A stretch of 64,000 bases of DNA from Eledone cirrhosa. Lineage: Eukaryota. The notes beneath the pieces were generated by a model. The model did not search any database. It was not told the DNA's origin and saw nothing but the letters and a program-made list of their open reading frames with translations. Position 1 is the stretch's first letter; every line of letters starts with the position of its first letter. Below, piece after piece: positions 23,893 to 38,114 of this stretch. A program made the position numbers and the translations under genes. The stretch spans positions 73,470,001-73,534,000 of the forward strand of contig OZ024746.1 of assembly GCA_964016885.1 (NCBI GenBank), read 5' to 3'.

Positions 23893-24204
23893 AGAAATGT
23901 AAGCTATCGCCATATTTTGACTAAAGAAATTAAAGAAATTATTTAGCCTGATAGTGGGGTTAAGAACCCTCGGAGAAATCTTTGGTTATCCGGACCACTG
24001 TGCTACCATTTACACCAACACATCACCCTGATGTGTTGGTGTAAATGGTATCACAGTGGTCCGGATAACCAGATGTGGGTTCGACTCCCATGTACGTCAA
24101 TACTCATCTTTTTCCATTTCTCCAAGGGTTCTTAACCCCACTATCAGGCTAAATAATTTCTTTAATTTCTTTAGTCAAAATACGGCGATAGCTTACATTT
24201 CTAA
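23891..24204. repeat. Nested palindrome containing a tRNA-like sequence
   Basis: Outer 89-bp arms 23891-23979/24116-24204; inner 43-bp arms 23983-24025/24029-24071; TA microsatellites on both sides. Confidence 0.92.
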
Positions 24205-24918
24205 AAATTTCAAACCCACTCGCTGTTTCGAAAAATATTCTTACTATATATAATATATTATATATATATATATATAATATATAATATATATATATATAAT
24301 ATAATATATAATATATATATATAATATATATATAATATATATATATAAGGGCATCCAGCTGTAAAAAGAACCTGCCAGAGATACTTCCGTGTGAGCGAGA
24401 CATAGTCTCCTGACCATTCCCGCATCAAATGGAACAAAACCGTCTAACCCATGCTAGCGAGGAAGATGGACGTTAAAAGATGATGATGATATATATATCT
24501 GGCAATATATGGTATGTCTATAAATAAACTTTTTGAAAGCATTGAGCTATGAATTTGGAAACTGATGACGTAGCGCCATCTAGCGTGTTCCAACAGAAGC
24601 TAGGGATAGGTAACTAGCGATAATGACATCATCATTTCTGACTCTGATCATTATCAAGCTAGTACTCGCTGCTAGAACTTAACATAAGCAAAAACATATA
24701 GTTTAGAAACCTATGTACATGTGTTGATCAGCCTCATTTGCATACAGAGCTATCGAAGATTTAGGGCACATTGGATAAGCTAGCCCTGAATATCCCATCT
24801 CCAAATAAAAGATGAAATAGTCTGGACCAACTTGGAGCTTAACATAACATCCATACAGAACTATATTAGACACTTAGGAGAGTAAAATATATACATACTG
24901 TCATATTGCACTACATAT

Positions 24919-25131
24919 GACGTGTAGGCGCCACGAAAAAGCACCCAGCACTCACTGTAAATGAGGTTGGTGTTAGGAAGGGCATCCAGCTGTAGAAATC
25001 AAGCCAAATCAGTTCCTGTATGAGCAACGCATGGTCAGCCGACCAGACACTGCCCACAACAGGACAACCCGTCTAACCCATGCTAGCGTGGAAGAACGGA
25101 CGTAAAACAGTGATGATGATGATGATGATGA
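24919..25131 (+). mobile_element. RTE-tailed SINE-like repeat
   Basis: Family core and (GAT)n tail. Confidence 0.85.
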
Positions 25132-25650
25132 TATGATTAGCCACTGTTTGTTGATTTGTGCAGAATGGTCCTCAGCTATGAATTGTAATAGTATATCTAG
25201 AACATTAGCTATGTGAGTTAACCTAGTTTTTTTAGCCAGCTACCTGCATGTCATTTGGCTGCATGATCAGAGTCGATCTAGGACTATAAAACAACAGAGT
25301 GACCTTCAGAAGTCTTTTACGGTTTGATACAGACCTATGAATGCTAGTTTTATATCAATTTTTCATGTAATATTTACCATGTATATCCATGCTATGTGTA
25401 TCCTGGGTTTTAGAATGGGTACACTGTATCCAAAGGGATTTGTCCTCAGAATGTAGCAGAACAAAACTAAATACTGAAACACTTTACTACATTGTATAAT
25501 ACCTAACTTGTTTTATATCACAGTACACCATGTCCCAGCATGTTGTAAAAAAGGTTGGCATCAGAAAAGGCATCTAGCTGTAAAACATTATTTCAAAACA
25601 TCCCATCCAATCCATGCCAGTATTGCAAATTGGATGTAAAAATTGATAAT

Positions 25651-25836
25651 TGTTTCTACTTTTGGCACAAGGCCAGCAATTTCCCAGTGTATTACTGGTA
25701 CTTTATTTTATCGACCCCGTAAGGATGAAAGGCAAAGTTAACCTCGGCGGGATTTGAACTCAGAATGGCAAGGGCCGTAACTCTATGCGTCAAAGCATGG
25801 CGTCCGACCCTCTACCAATACTGCCAATTCACCGCC
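25651..25836 (-). mobile_element. Full-length tRNA-derived SINE with 22-bp TSD
   Basis: TSD ATTGGATGTAAAAATTGATAAT at 25629-25650 and 25837-25858. Confidence 0.92.
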
Positions 25837-25913
25837 ATTGGATGTAAAAATTGATAATGATGATGATTTATTTTAGTTTTATCCAGCTTTTGTTTTTCTT
25901 GCCTTTCATTTAG

Positions 25914-26126
25914 TTGGTGTTCTCCTTAAATGGTAGACCTGTGGATGAGCTGACAATGATCTGTCATTCATCTAAAGCCAGACAACTTGCCAAGAAGACT
26001 TGTGCTAAATTACAAACTTCCATACCACGACAGTTGTATCAAATAGTCATTCAGGCAAGTGTTAGTAGTAAAATCATTGCTCGAGAAGACATCAAACCTT
26101 ACAAGAAAGATGTCCTTTCAAAATGT
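25914..26126 (+). CDS. GUF1: GUF1 coding exon, LepA C-terminal domain
   Basis: tag|LVFSLNGRPVDEL...IPRQLYQIVIQASVSSKIIAREDIKPYKKDVLSKC|gtaag. Confidence 0.95.
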
Positions 26127-27029
26127 GTAAGTATTTTAAAAATCTTTTTTGTTGTTCACCTCTCTCTCTCTGTATGTGTGTGTGTATATATATATCTCAT
26201 CATCATCATTTAACATTTGTTTTCCGTACTAACAAGGGTTGGACAGATATTCACAAACTAAGTCAGTACTTTAGTGGAGCAACTGCCCACATGGATGGAC
26301 CAGGGGCTTGCATCTTGCTTACATATGTTACTGTTCTCTACCAAGCATATTATCATAGTACCAGTGCTGAGGAGGTTGTCATGTTTTTGACACAGTTGAA
26401 GAGTCCTCCTGCCTATTTTTTGGCAGGTTTTCTACAGCTGGATGCTTTTCTTATCACCAACCACTTTACAGAGTGTATTGAGTGCATTTATCACGTAGAT
26501 CATGAACAATAAAAAGGTTGACATGTCTTTGACACAACTGAAGCATCCTTCTGACCCTTTGTTTGTCAGAGGAGATGAAGAAGAACTGTAATGAGCAGAG
26601 AGATGCTGTGCTGGAAAAAACCCATCCCACTAATACAAGCATGGGAAAGTGGATGTCAAACAGTTATGATGATGATAACACAGAAAAATAGAAGTATTAC
26701 TTTTATGTTTGTGGATGTTTTCATAATCAGGATAATATGGCGACAAGGAAGGATGTTTGACCACATCTTCCCAAACAAAATATAATATTTTCACCAAAAA
26801 CTGCCCTTTTAACACATGTCAGATAGATTACAATATTCATTTTTACAATGACTTTGCCTTTCATCCTTACGGGGTCGATAAAATAAAGTACCAGTAATGC
26901 ACTGGGTAATTGCTGGCCTTGTGCCTAAAGTAGAAACAATTATTACAAATACTTTGACTGTTCCCTGACAACTAGTACCAGCTTCAACATAAAATTATTT
27001 TAACAAAATATATTTGATTTTTACCAACA

Positions 27030-30000
27030 AACAATGTGTGGACATGAACGGGGGCGGGGGGGAATCACTACATCCCTTAGGGATCGCAGTAAGTACTTCA
27101 CAAAATCTATAAACAACAATATACACACAGATTTATATATAGATACATACCGCACACATATACACACAAGTGAAAAGAAACCACACGATTTCATGAGACA
27201 CTATACCGGCCAATCTTACGTACATTTGTAAAATCTTTCTTAACACTGACTTCACTTCTAACCCACATACACCTTTTAATTATATATATATAATTATATA
27301 TTCGTGTGCAGATCTTTTTGCATACACACACATAATACATAAGAAAACTGAAACAGAAATACAAAAACAAAACAAAACATAAACAAACATTGTATTTATT
27401 TCGTTAACAAATGTGCTAAACTCACACAGCATATTTATTCGTTTACATTTATATCTTGTTCTACTGTACGGATGGACAGACAGGACAAAATAGCTATTGT
27501 GACATCCATGGATGAAGTGTGCAACAAAACTGGGCGATGTTCCAAAATAGAACATTGCCCAGAAAATCACGTCTGTCATCTATGTACAGAACCAGAGAAC
27601 TCCTTCCGAAATCGATGGGTCGATTGTGGCAAATGTCGTGTTTCTGTTTGCCTTCAATGTGCCACAAACTTTCGGAAGATCCCGGGTCAGAAAAAGAGAC
27701 ACCATACTTCTATGATCTGGTAAATGATCCAGCTAACAAATTGGTCCTTTCAGTGCCTGGCTTGTATGTCTGCCTCTACCATTGCTGCTGAACAACAACA
27801 AAAACCGAAGATCGTGTCTTCCTCTACCATTGTTCCTGAACAACAGCAAAAACCAAAAACCAAAAAACCAACGACCACAGCTTCTGCTACTACCCCTGTT
27901 GGACTTCATCAACAACAGCAACCCATGTCTTCCTTCCCTGTTACTTTTCAACAACAACCGACGACTGTGTCTTCCCCTACCATACCTGGTAGGGGAAGAC
28001 ACAACAAAAATCGACCGTCAATACGGAGTTTAAGGAAATACGGCAAATGATTTCCGCTTTAAGCCAAGAAATAGCGGGAATAAAATCAAGCGCTCGTGTA
28101 GAACCTCACAATGAGGGATCTTACCTGAGTGCCTTGTTAAAAAATCTCTGTGTACCTCTTGCCGAATCTAGACTCATTAAGAATGCCACTGAATCTGTAA
28201 ACCACAAAGTGATTGCCATTGGTGTACCAGAAGACAGTTGATCTTCAGGCATTTGCTACCAGTTCATCCAAAGACTTGGGCTGTGCTCCCTCGAAGGGTG
28301 CTCTATGCCTTGGCCGACCAGGTCCGAAACCCAGGCTGATTAGACTGTCTTTTTCAAACTCAACTGAGGCATATTCATATCTTTTGGCCTCTGATAAAGC
28401 TAGGCGTGAAAGTCGGATTGCCTTCCGAACATGCCCTAGTCTTCCACCTGATGTCTGCCCAAAGCTGCGTGCTGCAGCTTCCTTAAACCGCAGCTCAGCA
28501 GAACATGAAAGCTTCAGCCTACGTGATGGGAAGATATGGAAGTTTATTAAGGCTGGTGAAACATGGAAAAGAGATACCAGCTGGTCTGAAAACACTGTAC
28601 CCACAACAACTGACAATAAAAAAACTGAAAAAACTCTGGGAAACTAAATCAGAACAACCTGCCATCCCCTGCACATAATCATAGACTGGAATTAAGGTAC
28701 AAATTGTTGTCCTTGAATGCACGTAATCTATGCAATAAGATTCATCTTTTTTACTCCTACGTCAAAAGTATCAACCCTGACTTCATTACAGTCACGGAAA
28801 CATGGGCACATTCCTTACTCTGTGATGGGGTTTTCAGCATAACTGGCTACAACTTGTTTCATAAAGACCGCATTAATCATGGTGGTGGTGGTGTAATGGT
28901 CTACGTTCGGTCAAATTTTTCAGCAATTCCTCGTGTTGATTTGAGCCAATTGCAGCAGGAAGTATTTTTCTGCGATAGACGTATGACCATGTCAACACTG
29001 CTACTTGGAGTCGTTTACCGTCCCCCAAATTACCATCAGGACACTCAACTTTGTGATATCCACAGAGTTGCTGCCAGGAAAACAGCCACTTATGTTTTTA
29101 TTGCAGGGGACTTCAATCACCCTGAGAATGACTGGGAAACTTTTTGTTGGCTGCCAAGTGCAAATGACTTCCTTGAGCTAGTGCTGGACTCGAACTGGTC
29201 CCAAGTAGTCAACTCCCCAACAAGAGGTGACAACACTTTGAACCTACTCTTCACCACTACTCCTGAAACGGTTATTAGTGTTGCTACTGAGGAACCTTTA
29301 GGTAACTCTGATCATGCTATGATCATTGCCAATCTGTCCCTCATGGGCAGTAACAAAAACCACAACCATCTCCAAACTGCTCACTTTGACTGGAATAAAG
29401 CAAACTGGAACTGTTACTGCACCGAGTTGCAACGTCCAAACTAGCTTGATTTCTACGACTCTGGAGATGTCAACACTGTACTCCAGAACATCCTGAGCTC
29501 AATATGGACAGCATGTGCAGCATCGGTGCCACGTAAGCAGAAAAAACATCCCAAAAGTGCAATTTGGGAGACTGCAGGAGTCCGTCTTGCCAGAAAAGAA
29601 CGTTGTAATGCTGAACGTGAGTACAAACTGCATAAATCAGACATCAATAGAAAGAAGTGAAATAAATCATCCAAACGTCTCAAACAGGTGACAAAAAAGG
29701 CAGTGCTTCAATTTGAGCAGCGCATAGCAACCAGCCCTGACAGTAAGGTGTTCACTCAAAGCAGAGGCCTCACTCTCCAGTTGGTCCTCTTCGCAATCCC
29801 CACACAAGCCAGGTTACTGACGGCCCCAAGAAATGCACAGAACTCATTGCTGAATGCTATGCAGGCATTTTCACTATTGAAGACCAAAGTGTACCGTCTC
29901 CACCACCTATGACACCGGACTCTATTACAACTATGGAATTTACACTTGCAATGCTGGGACGTCACCTTAAAAATAAACACAACCATGCCTCTCCTGGTCT

Positions 30001-31609
30001 TGATGGTGTTACGTACCTGCTTCTCAAACGTGGTGGGTACTTCCTTCTGCACCAGCTATCACGCTTCTTCCAATTCTGTCTGAACAACGGTGCTACTCCA
30101 GAACAGTGGAAAACTGCCAATGTCATTCCTCTGTTCAAAAAGGGTGACTGCACATCACCTGTGAACTATCGTCCAGTGAGTCTTACTAGCTGCATTGCCA
30201 AACTGATGGAATCCTGTGTCAGAGAAACGCTTTGGAACTTCTGGAACTCTCACAGTCTTATCTGGCCCTCGCAATTTGGATTTATCCCTAACTCCAGCTG
30301 CTGTGATTAACTTATCAATGTTTCTTGAAGACATCACCCGGATCACTGATGGTGGCTCATGGGTGGATGTTGTTTACCTTGACTTTGCTAAAGCTTTCAA
30401 TTCTATGCCACACAAAAGACTTATGGCAAAACTCTCTGCAATGGGTGTGAAGGATGATCTTTTTAATTGGTTGAAGTCTGTCATTCTCAGTCGAAGAGAG
30501 GTAGTCACAGTTCTAGGACAACATTCCTCACCATATGAGATATCATCTGGTGTACCGCAGGGATCTGTTCTTGGCCCCCTTTTGTTTGTGGCATATATTA
30601 ATGACATTGATGCCAACTTAAAGAATGCCACAGTACTGAAATATGCAGATGACATCAAGCTGTACCTTGAGATAAAAAGGACAGATCCTGAACACTATAG
30701 ATCTTGCTTGCAGTCTGACTGGACACAATGCAACAATGGATCACAGACTGGCAACTCAAGCTAGCTGTCGACAAGTGTACCACCATGCATTTTGGGAGTA
30801 AAAACCCAGCGTCCACATACTCCCTCCACAACACTAATATCAAGAAGTCTTCTTGTGAACGTAACCTGGGCATTATGGTCACCAGCGATTTGCGTTGGAC
30901 GAAGCACGTCTCTAAAATTGTCAAGAAGGCCGAGGGTATCTTAGTATGACTCAGCAAGACCTTTGTCAGCCGCTCTCCAGCTATCTATTTAAAGCTGTAT
31001 ATAGCTATGGTGTGGCCACACTTAGAATTTGCATCACCAGTCTGGAACCTCTATCTTGCTCAGAACATTGACCGCCTGGAAACTGTTCAGAGACGTGCAA
31101 CCAAGCGAATACCCTCCATCAGGCATCTACCATACTCTGAACGCCTTGCTTCCCTGGGCATGGATACATAGAAGCTCCGACGTCTGGCAACTGACTTGGT
31201 AAACACCCACAAAATTACTAACCGTCTTGCCAAAAACAACCCTGAGTACCTTTTTGATTTCCATGTGTCTAACACACATGGGCATGCCCACAAAGTCAGA
31301 AAACCACACAGATCCCATGACTTTCGGAAACATTTTTTCACGCTCAGAGTTGCTGAAGCATGGAACAAATTATCTGCATCAGTTATTAGCTATCGAGACA
31401 CTGCATCCTTTAAAACCTCCATGCTTCCTGAGATTCGCCAACACTACACCTAATATTCCCCCTCCATACACACGCACACATGTATATCATGACTCAAACA
31501 CTATTCACTTCCCTGACATTTGTGTATTATTCTATGTACTATACATGCACCTTTGACGAGTTGTAGTGCACCTGAGCACTGTACACAATAATTTCATTAT
31601 TATTATTAT
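27030..31609 (+). mobile_element. CR1-like LINE, near full length, decayed
   Basis: ORF1 remnants 27472-28647 with PHD-like Cys pattern; ORF2 APE (LNAR, TETW, YRPP, GDFN, SDH) and RT (YLDFAKAF, GVPQGSVLGPLLF, YADD); (ATT)n tail; several stops and frameshifts; 5' boundary approximate. Confidence 0.92.
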
Positions 31610-31758
31610 AGTAAGTTTTATAATTTTAAAACTATAATTATATATACATTAAATTTTTCTTTGATTTTCTGCTGTGTTGTACATAAATTTATATCATTGT
31701 GATTTTGTTTCTATTTTAAAAATTTAATTGATGTTTGTTTCCTTTTCCATATTTACAG

Positions 31759-31884
31759 TATGGTGGTGACGTCTCACGTAAAATGAAGCTCCTGCGATTC
31801 CAAGCAGAGGGGAAGAAGAAAATGCGTCGAATAGGAAATATAGATGTTCCTCGAGATGCATTTATAAAAGTCTTACAGAAGTGA
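31759..31884 (+). CDS. GUF1: GUF1 last coding exon with stop
   Basis: cag|[44 protein letters not shown]; canonical LepA C-terminus. Confidence 0.96.
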   Translation, partial: YGGDVSRKMKLLRFQAEGKKKMRRIGNIDVPRDAFIKVLQK

Positions 31885-34800
31885 AACATCGAAATTGCCT
31901 TCACACGCACACACAAGCACATAGATAGATATATATATAAACATCTGCATACATTATGTGAAGGCATATGGCTTTGTGGTTAGGGTGTTGGACATATGGG
32001 TAGCACATACTGTTCTTGAGAAAAACACTTTATTTCACTTTCCTCCAGTTCACTTAGCTGAAAATGAGTACCAGCGGTATCCTGGGGTTAACTCTGTGAT
32101 AGAGTGGTATCTTGTACCCTTAGTCACTTAACATCAATGAAACCAGTATAAGCACTGACCAGATAAGCTTCCAGAATTGAAACAGATATCTACTTTTAAC
32201 TATACATTTTTGTGAGTCTGTGTGTGTATATAACTTTGTGTGTGTGTATATATATATATATATACGTAGACAAAGGTATTCTCAATTAAATAATGATTTC
32301 TAATTTAGGCACAAGGCCAGCAACTTGTGGAGATGGGAAAGTTGATTATATTGAACCCAGTACTTTACTGGTACTTTATTTTCTCTACCTGGGAGGGATG
32401 AAAGACAAATTTGACCACAGTGGGATTTGAACTCAGAATTTATAGAGCCAAAACAAACACAGATAAGTATTTGCCTGATGCTTTAATGATTCTGATAATC
32501 CACACATTCCCACACTGTAAGATAAGAATAAAGTCTATTGTCAACCAAACAAACTAAGGTTACAACACTTGAACTGAGCATTATGTCATTGGCTAAACAT
32601 GCTGACCACACAAATGCTATGTGTATCTGTGTAATTTTTGTGTGAGAAAGTGTGTGTATGTATATATATATATATATTTATATATCTGTGGGTATGTATG
32701 TGTTTATATTCACTTAAGTACACACATATACACTATAAGCTATTGTGTGTATCTGTATATTTTTGAGTGTGTATATGTGTATATATCTCGGCGTGTATAT
32801 ATATGTTTTTATAGACAAACACATTTCCGTTTGCACAAATACACATACACGTGAGAGGGTGCTATTATCTTAGTAAAAAAAACTGTCAACCAACTCAGGG
32901 CAAAAATACATCTAATGACATTAGCCTATACTCTATATTTGTGCTTTTTTATGTTGTTGGTTTGTGATTTGTGAATTGGTGCAATGGCTGCTTAATTAAA
33001 TTTTTGAATATTTGCATATTGTTGAAGCTGTTGTTGGTGTTTGTTTGTTTGATTTCATCAACTTATTCCTTCTTCATGGTGAAGTTGGAAACATGTGAAA
33101 TAAAATGTCTTGTGTGTTATATGAAAGTGAAGCTTGCTCCAACAACTTACATATAAATATGCATGTTTACAGAACTGTCCAGTCCACAGAAGCACAAGCT
33201 GGATAGTTCTGCCAAAGAATGGAATAGCTTTTGGTTTTTTTTATTGAATTAGTGAAAGAATATGGTATATCTATTGGAACAACACAATACTTATCAAAAC
33301 AGTGAGAAATCTCACAAAACAGTGTGATATATCTGTCAGATTAGCACAAATGCAATATCAACTGAGGCAATGGGATATCTATTGATACCATATCATATTT
33401 ATCATATCAGTGAGATATCCCATGGAACAATATATACAAGTATGACTGTGTGGTTAAGGAGTTTGCTTCACAACCATGAAGTTTTGGGTTTATTCTACTG
33501 TGTGACACCCTGGGAAAGTGTCTTCTACTATAGCCTCAGGTTGACCAATGCCTTGTGAGTGAAATGTGTTAAATGAAAACTGTATGGATGCCTGTTATAT
33601 ATGTCTATGTGTGTATTCATATCTGTGTTTATGTCACATAACTTTGTGGTGTGACAAAAATAAAATTCAATAAAATAGGTACCAGACTTGAAAAAAATAA
33701 ATACTAGGGTTCATATGCTTAACTAAAATCCCTTTAAAGGGGTGCCCTAGCATGGCTGCTGTCCAATGAAGGAAACCAGTAAAAATAAAATATATCAAAA
33801 CAATAGGATATCTCATGGAATAATATCTGTCAGAAAAGGAAGTTATCATGTAAAACAATATGATATCTATTTGAGCTATAAGATTTCACATGCTGTTTGT
33901 TAGAATAGTGGGATATTTCATAAATTACTGTGATATTAATATTTTTTTTTAATATTAATGAATTACTGTAAATAAATAAAAATTGTTTCTGAATTAATAA
34001 AAAAAATAATGTTTATTGATATATATATATATATATATTATAGTATATTTTTCATGTTTTATTTTTTATTTGTCTGTATATTTTTATTTTATTTTATTTT
34101 ATTTTATTTTATTTTATTTTATGTTTTATCTTGTATAAGATGTGAAGATTAAGATATTTTGATAAATATTTCCATTCACTGACAATGGTTTAACAATAAT
34201 AGTTAAAACAACTGGTGACCTTTGTTTATGTCTTTCATAAACAATGTTGTGTAATGTAATGTTACAACAAAGATGAGTGATATTTATCACATTTATAAAT
34301 AAAGTATGTGTTGACATCAAGGAAGGCACCTGGCTATAAAAATACTGCCTCAAAAGTCTTGTCCAACCCATGCTAGCAGGTTCATAAAAATGATGATGTT
34401 GATGATTTTTTTTCCTGTAATATATCAAAATTGTGGTAGGTAGAATGTTAAATACTAATTCCTCAAGAAATGTGTGGCAATCAAGGAAGTTATCCACCCG
34501 GTAATGGATAGCCTATGTATAGTGAGTTTAAATCTTTTGATAACAAAACATTTTTAAACTGCCCCTGGTTCTATGATACAAAACTGTTTTAAAATGTTTA
34601 TAAACCTTCTATAATTTTATGGAAGAACTTTTAAATTATGCTCCAAATGTACATATAAACTAGTAACACCTGATAGTCATAAGAGTGTTGTGACATACGG
34701 CAAGACTTGGGTATATTGAACCTGGCAAAGGTCATCCATTCTCCAGGTCTGAACACAGCTGATTTCTTCCAGAGAAAGAAAGAGATATTAGATAAAGAAT

Positions 34801-37800
34801 CAACCCCAGTACTAGATTGGTACTTACTTGATCGACCTCAAAATGATGAAAAGAAAAATTGTTGGCAAGATTTGAACTCAAAGAGTACAGAGAGCCAGAC
34901 CAAATACTGCAAACATTCTATCCGGTGTTCAAACAACTCTACCAATCCACAGCCTTGTGCTCCAAATACTACTTTAATAATGAGAAAATTAGCTATATTA
35001 CTAAATCTCTCCAAATTCTTGATTATTTTCAAGATTAATTGAAAGTTAAAGACAGTCTTTCATGAGAAATATGGTAATGAAAGGGTTAACATGAGATGAG
35101 CAGTTACACATACTGAACATTGCTCACAGCCAGTAATTAGAATCCATTGATTTGGCTGGATTCAACAGAATTGCTACCCAAGAAGATCAAAGATTTTGGG
35201 ATGAAGCTAATTTTTATTTATTTATTTATTTTTCTATTTTACAAGGACACCAGTACCCTAGTGTTGAAATAAGGTAATGCTGGTACCTAATAAAATGCAC
35301 CAAGCCCACCCTGCAAAGTGATAGTGCTGATGCTACAATAAAATACACCCAGTTCACCCTATAATGGGTGTAGTGCTGGTGTCACAACCCACCCAGTCTG
35401 CTCTGTAACCTGGTAGTGCAGAAATCCTGATAAAATTCTTCCTGTACATGTAAAATGGTTGGCATTAGGAATGGTATCCCACTAGAAAACCAAACCAAAT
35501 ATACATAGGTTAGATGACTTTCCATATCACAATATTTTGCCACTTGTCTTTCACCAACCCCTTTGGGAAATTCATCCTCATGAAATCAAATTTCACCAAT
35601 TCTTGCCATGTCTTCCTTGCACAGGTTCCTTCCACATGGATCGTTTGTCACTTCTGTATCTAACTGACATCGTCCATCATATGTTGCTACCATCTCGGCC
35701 TCCCCTTTTGCACATATCGAATTCTTGTTATGCCCTGTATTTCTCTCAGTTCATTATTACTCAGTCATTCATGCACTATCCAGTGGAACGCACTCACATC
35801 ATTTCTGTACAACCTTTGCATTCAATATCCATGCAACATCTCACTTTGTATACAAACATTATACAATCTGCTTTCACTTGGAGAGAGAGTTACTTTGTTC
35901 CCAGCAGATGTAGCAGATCATCAAACTCTTCTACTCTATGGCTAATCAGGTCACATAAGAGCAGAGGTGGATTAGGTTTGCATGGGGCCCCTGGCTGAAA
36001 GTTTTATCAATGCTCTTTTTACTGTGTATGGTAGCACAAATTTAATTTTGGGCCATTAAATATTCTGGGCTCCTGGTTACAGCACAGTCACCCTTCCTCA
36101 ATTTGCTGCTGCCTAAGAAACAAAAACTTTAACTATTTTCAAAGTAACTCTCTGAGCATTTAGAAGAATTTATTTCATGGATGTTCTCACCATGGAAAGA
36201 AAGAAGTCATAATTCTGCTGCCATCTGGGAAGTCACCATAGAAGAAAAGAGGACATGATACTACTGCCATGCTTTTATCATGGCACAGGCAATAATTCCA
36301 CCTTACAAGGTGAACTGGGTGCCTTTTGTCATGGCACTAGCACTGCTACTTTACAGGGTGTACTGTGTGTGTTTTATCATGTCACCAGTCCTATCTCATT
36401 AAAACATTTAGATGCTCATTATGTCCTTGGCTCAGCTGGGGAGGCAATGATGAGAGTAAGCATCAGACTAAGTATTATTTGCTGGAGGTGAGAGAGCAAT
36501 CAATATGTCATGCGGCTGGCTTTGAAGAGAGTAAGGTGTACTCGGTATTATATTGCATGCAAGGGTTGGACAGGAAAGGGGTATCAGGGATGTGGAAGGA
36601 AGGAGAGGGTGCACATCATCAACATTGTTAAATGTCTATTTTCTATTACCACCTGAGCCAGATTGGCTGTCATGCTCTGAGACTAGGCTAGAGATGACGA
36701 CCATATCTATGTCGTATGTCCCATTTCATCAAGGCCTCCATGGCCAGATGCCCTTCCCAAACCCTTCTGATTATTTTATCATGGTACAAGGTGGGATGTT
36801 CCCAGTATTCCATGTTGGTATGGGTTGTATGTGGAAGAGGGAGGGGAATCTGTATTTGTATGTTGGTTTGGGATAGAGAGGGCTGTCTTTCCATGCTGGA
36901 AAAAGTTGAATGTGCAAGTTTAGGGAGGGCTAAGTGATGAGGGATGGGGGAGTATTATGATGGAGCAAGGTGTACAAGGAAGATTGGTGCTATCATCCTC
37001 TCCATGCTCATCTCATTCTGTATGCATGTGAAGGTGGGTCCTCTGTAAAATAGCATGTTGCCAACAAACTTGATCCTGTGTCATCTACTTTGTGAGATTT
37101 AATTGTGTGAAATTAGCTTTTACCACATCATCCCAAGATTTCCTAGGTCTTCTTCCATAATTTCCATCAACTTCAAGTCATTCATCTTTTTATAGAGCTG
37201 ACATGCTCAATATGCATCACAGTCCAGTCTCTTCTGCACACTACATCTCACCCCCCTTTTATGCTCAGTTTCTCTCTCAGATCATTGTTGTTTATGTACA
37301 ATACTATATAACATATCCATTGAAGCCTGCATGCCACATTTCTTTCCAATCTTCATAGGTCCTCTGCACACATAGTCTTACTTTCATGCAGTATTGCTAT
37401 TTGTAAAAAAGCATCATTCAATGGATTTCATTTTTAAGGAAAACCCTTTGTAGCTAGCAGTGTTAGTTGCTCCCTGAGATTTTCCCACCCTGTTCTCAAT
37501 CAGGTTACTTCTAAAACTTTTGCAACCTGTTCTCACTAATGTTTTCAACCCCTTCACTATAATTCTATGTAAGAACGCTTTTTGTGTTTCAAACGGCAAC
37601 TTAATATCAATTATGTTACTAAATTCCTCCAAATTCTTGATTATTTCCAAATTAATTGAAAACAATAGACTGTACACAAAACAAAGATTTATCCTGACGC
37701 ATTTCAGACATTGAGTCAGTAGAGGTATCCACCTCAGGCAAATTGAGCTGATCATTTGAAGTAGTTTCTATATTATGTTTGATATATATATATAAAGAGA

Positions 37801-38049
37801 GAGATCAAATCAGAAGGGTAGTTATAGTCTTGTAAGGCGACAATTTTGTTTGACCTGTTTGGCTTGCCTCGTCTTTTTGGCTTAGGTGGTTGATGGCTTC
37901 TTAACCGCCATCTCAGTTTGTTTGCCTTTATAACCTATGTTTATTGCTCTGGTCTCTATTTGGTCCATGGAGCGCTTGCCAGCATAATTCGGATATTGCG
38001 TTTTGCTTTGTCTTCGACCATAGCCAAAATACGAATCTCGCTGAAATTA

Positions 38050-38101
<52 letters not shown>

Positions 38102-38114
38102 TAATTAATCTATA

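Noticed and set aside
24030-24099. Functional tRNA-Ser(GGA) gene
   Set aside because: No U33, G-G mismatch in the anticodon stem, 2-nt variable region and several G-U pairs in the acceptor stem; treated as a tRNA-derived repeat
28704-31453. Active or domesticated LINE ORF2
   Set aside because: Multiple in-frame stops and frameshifts
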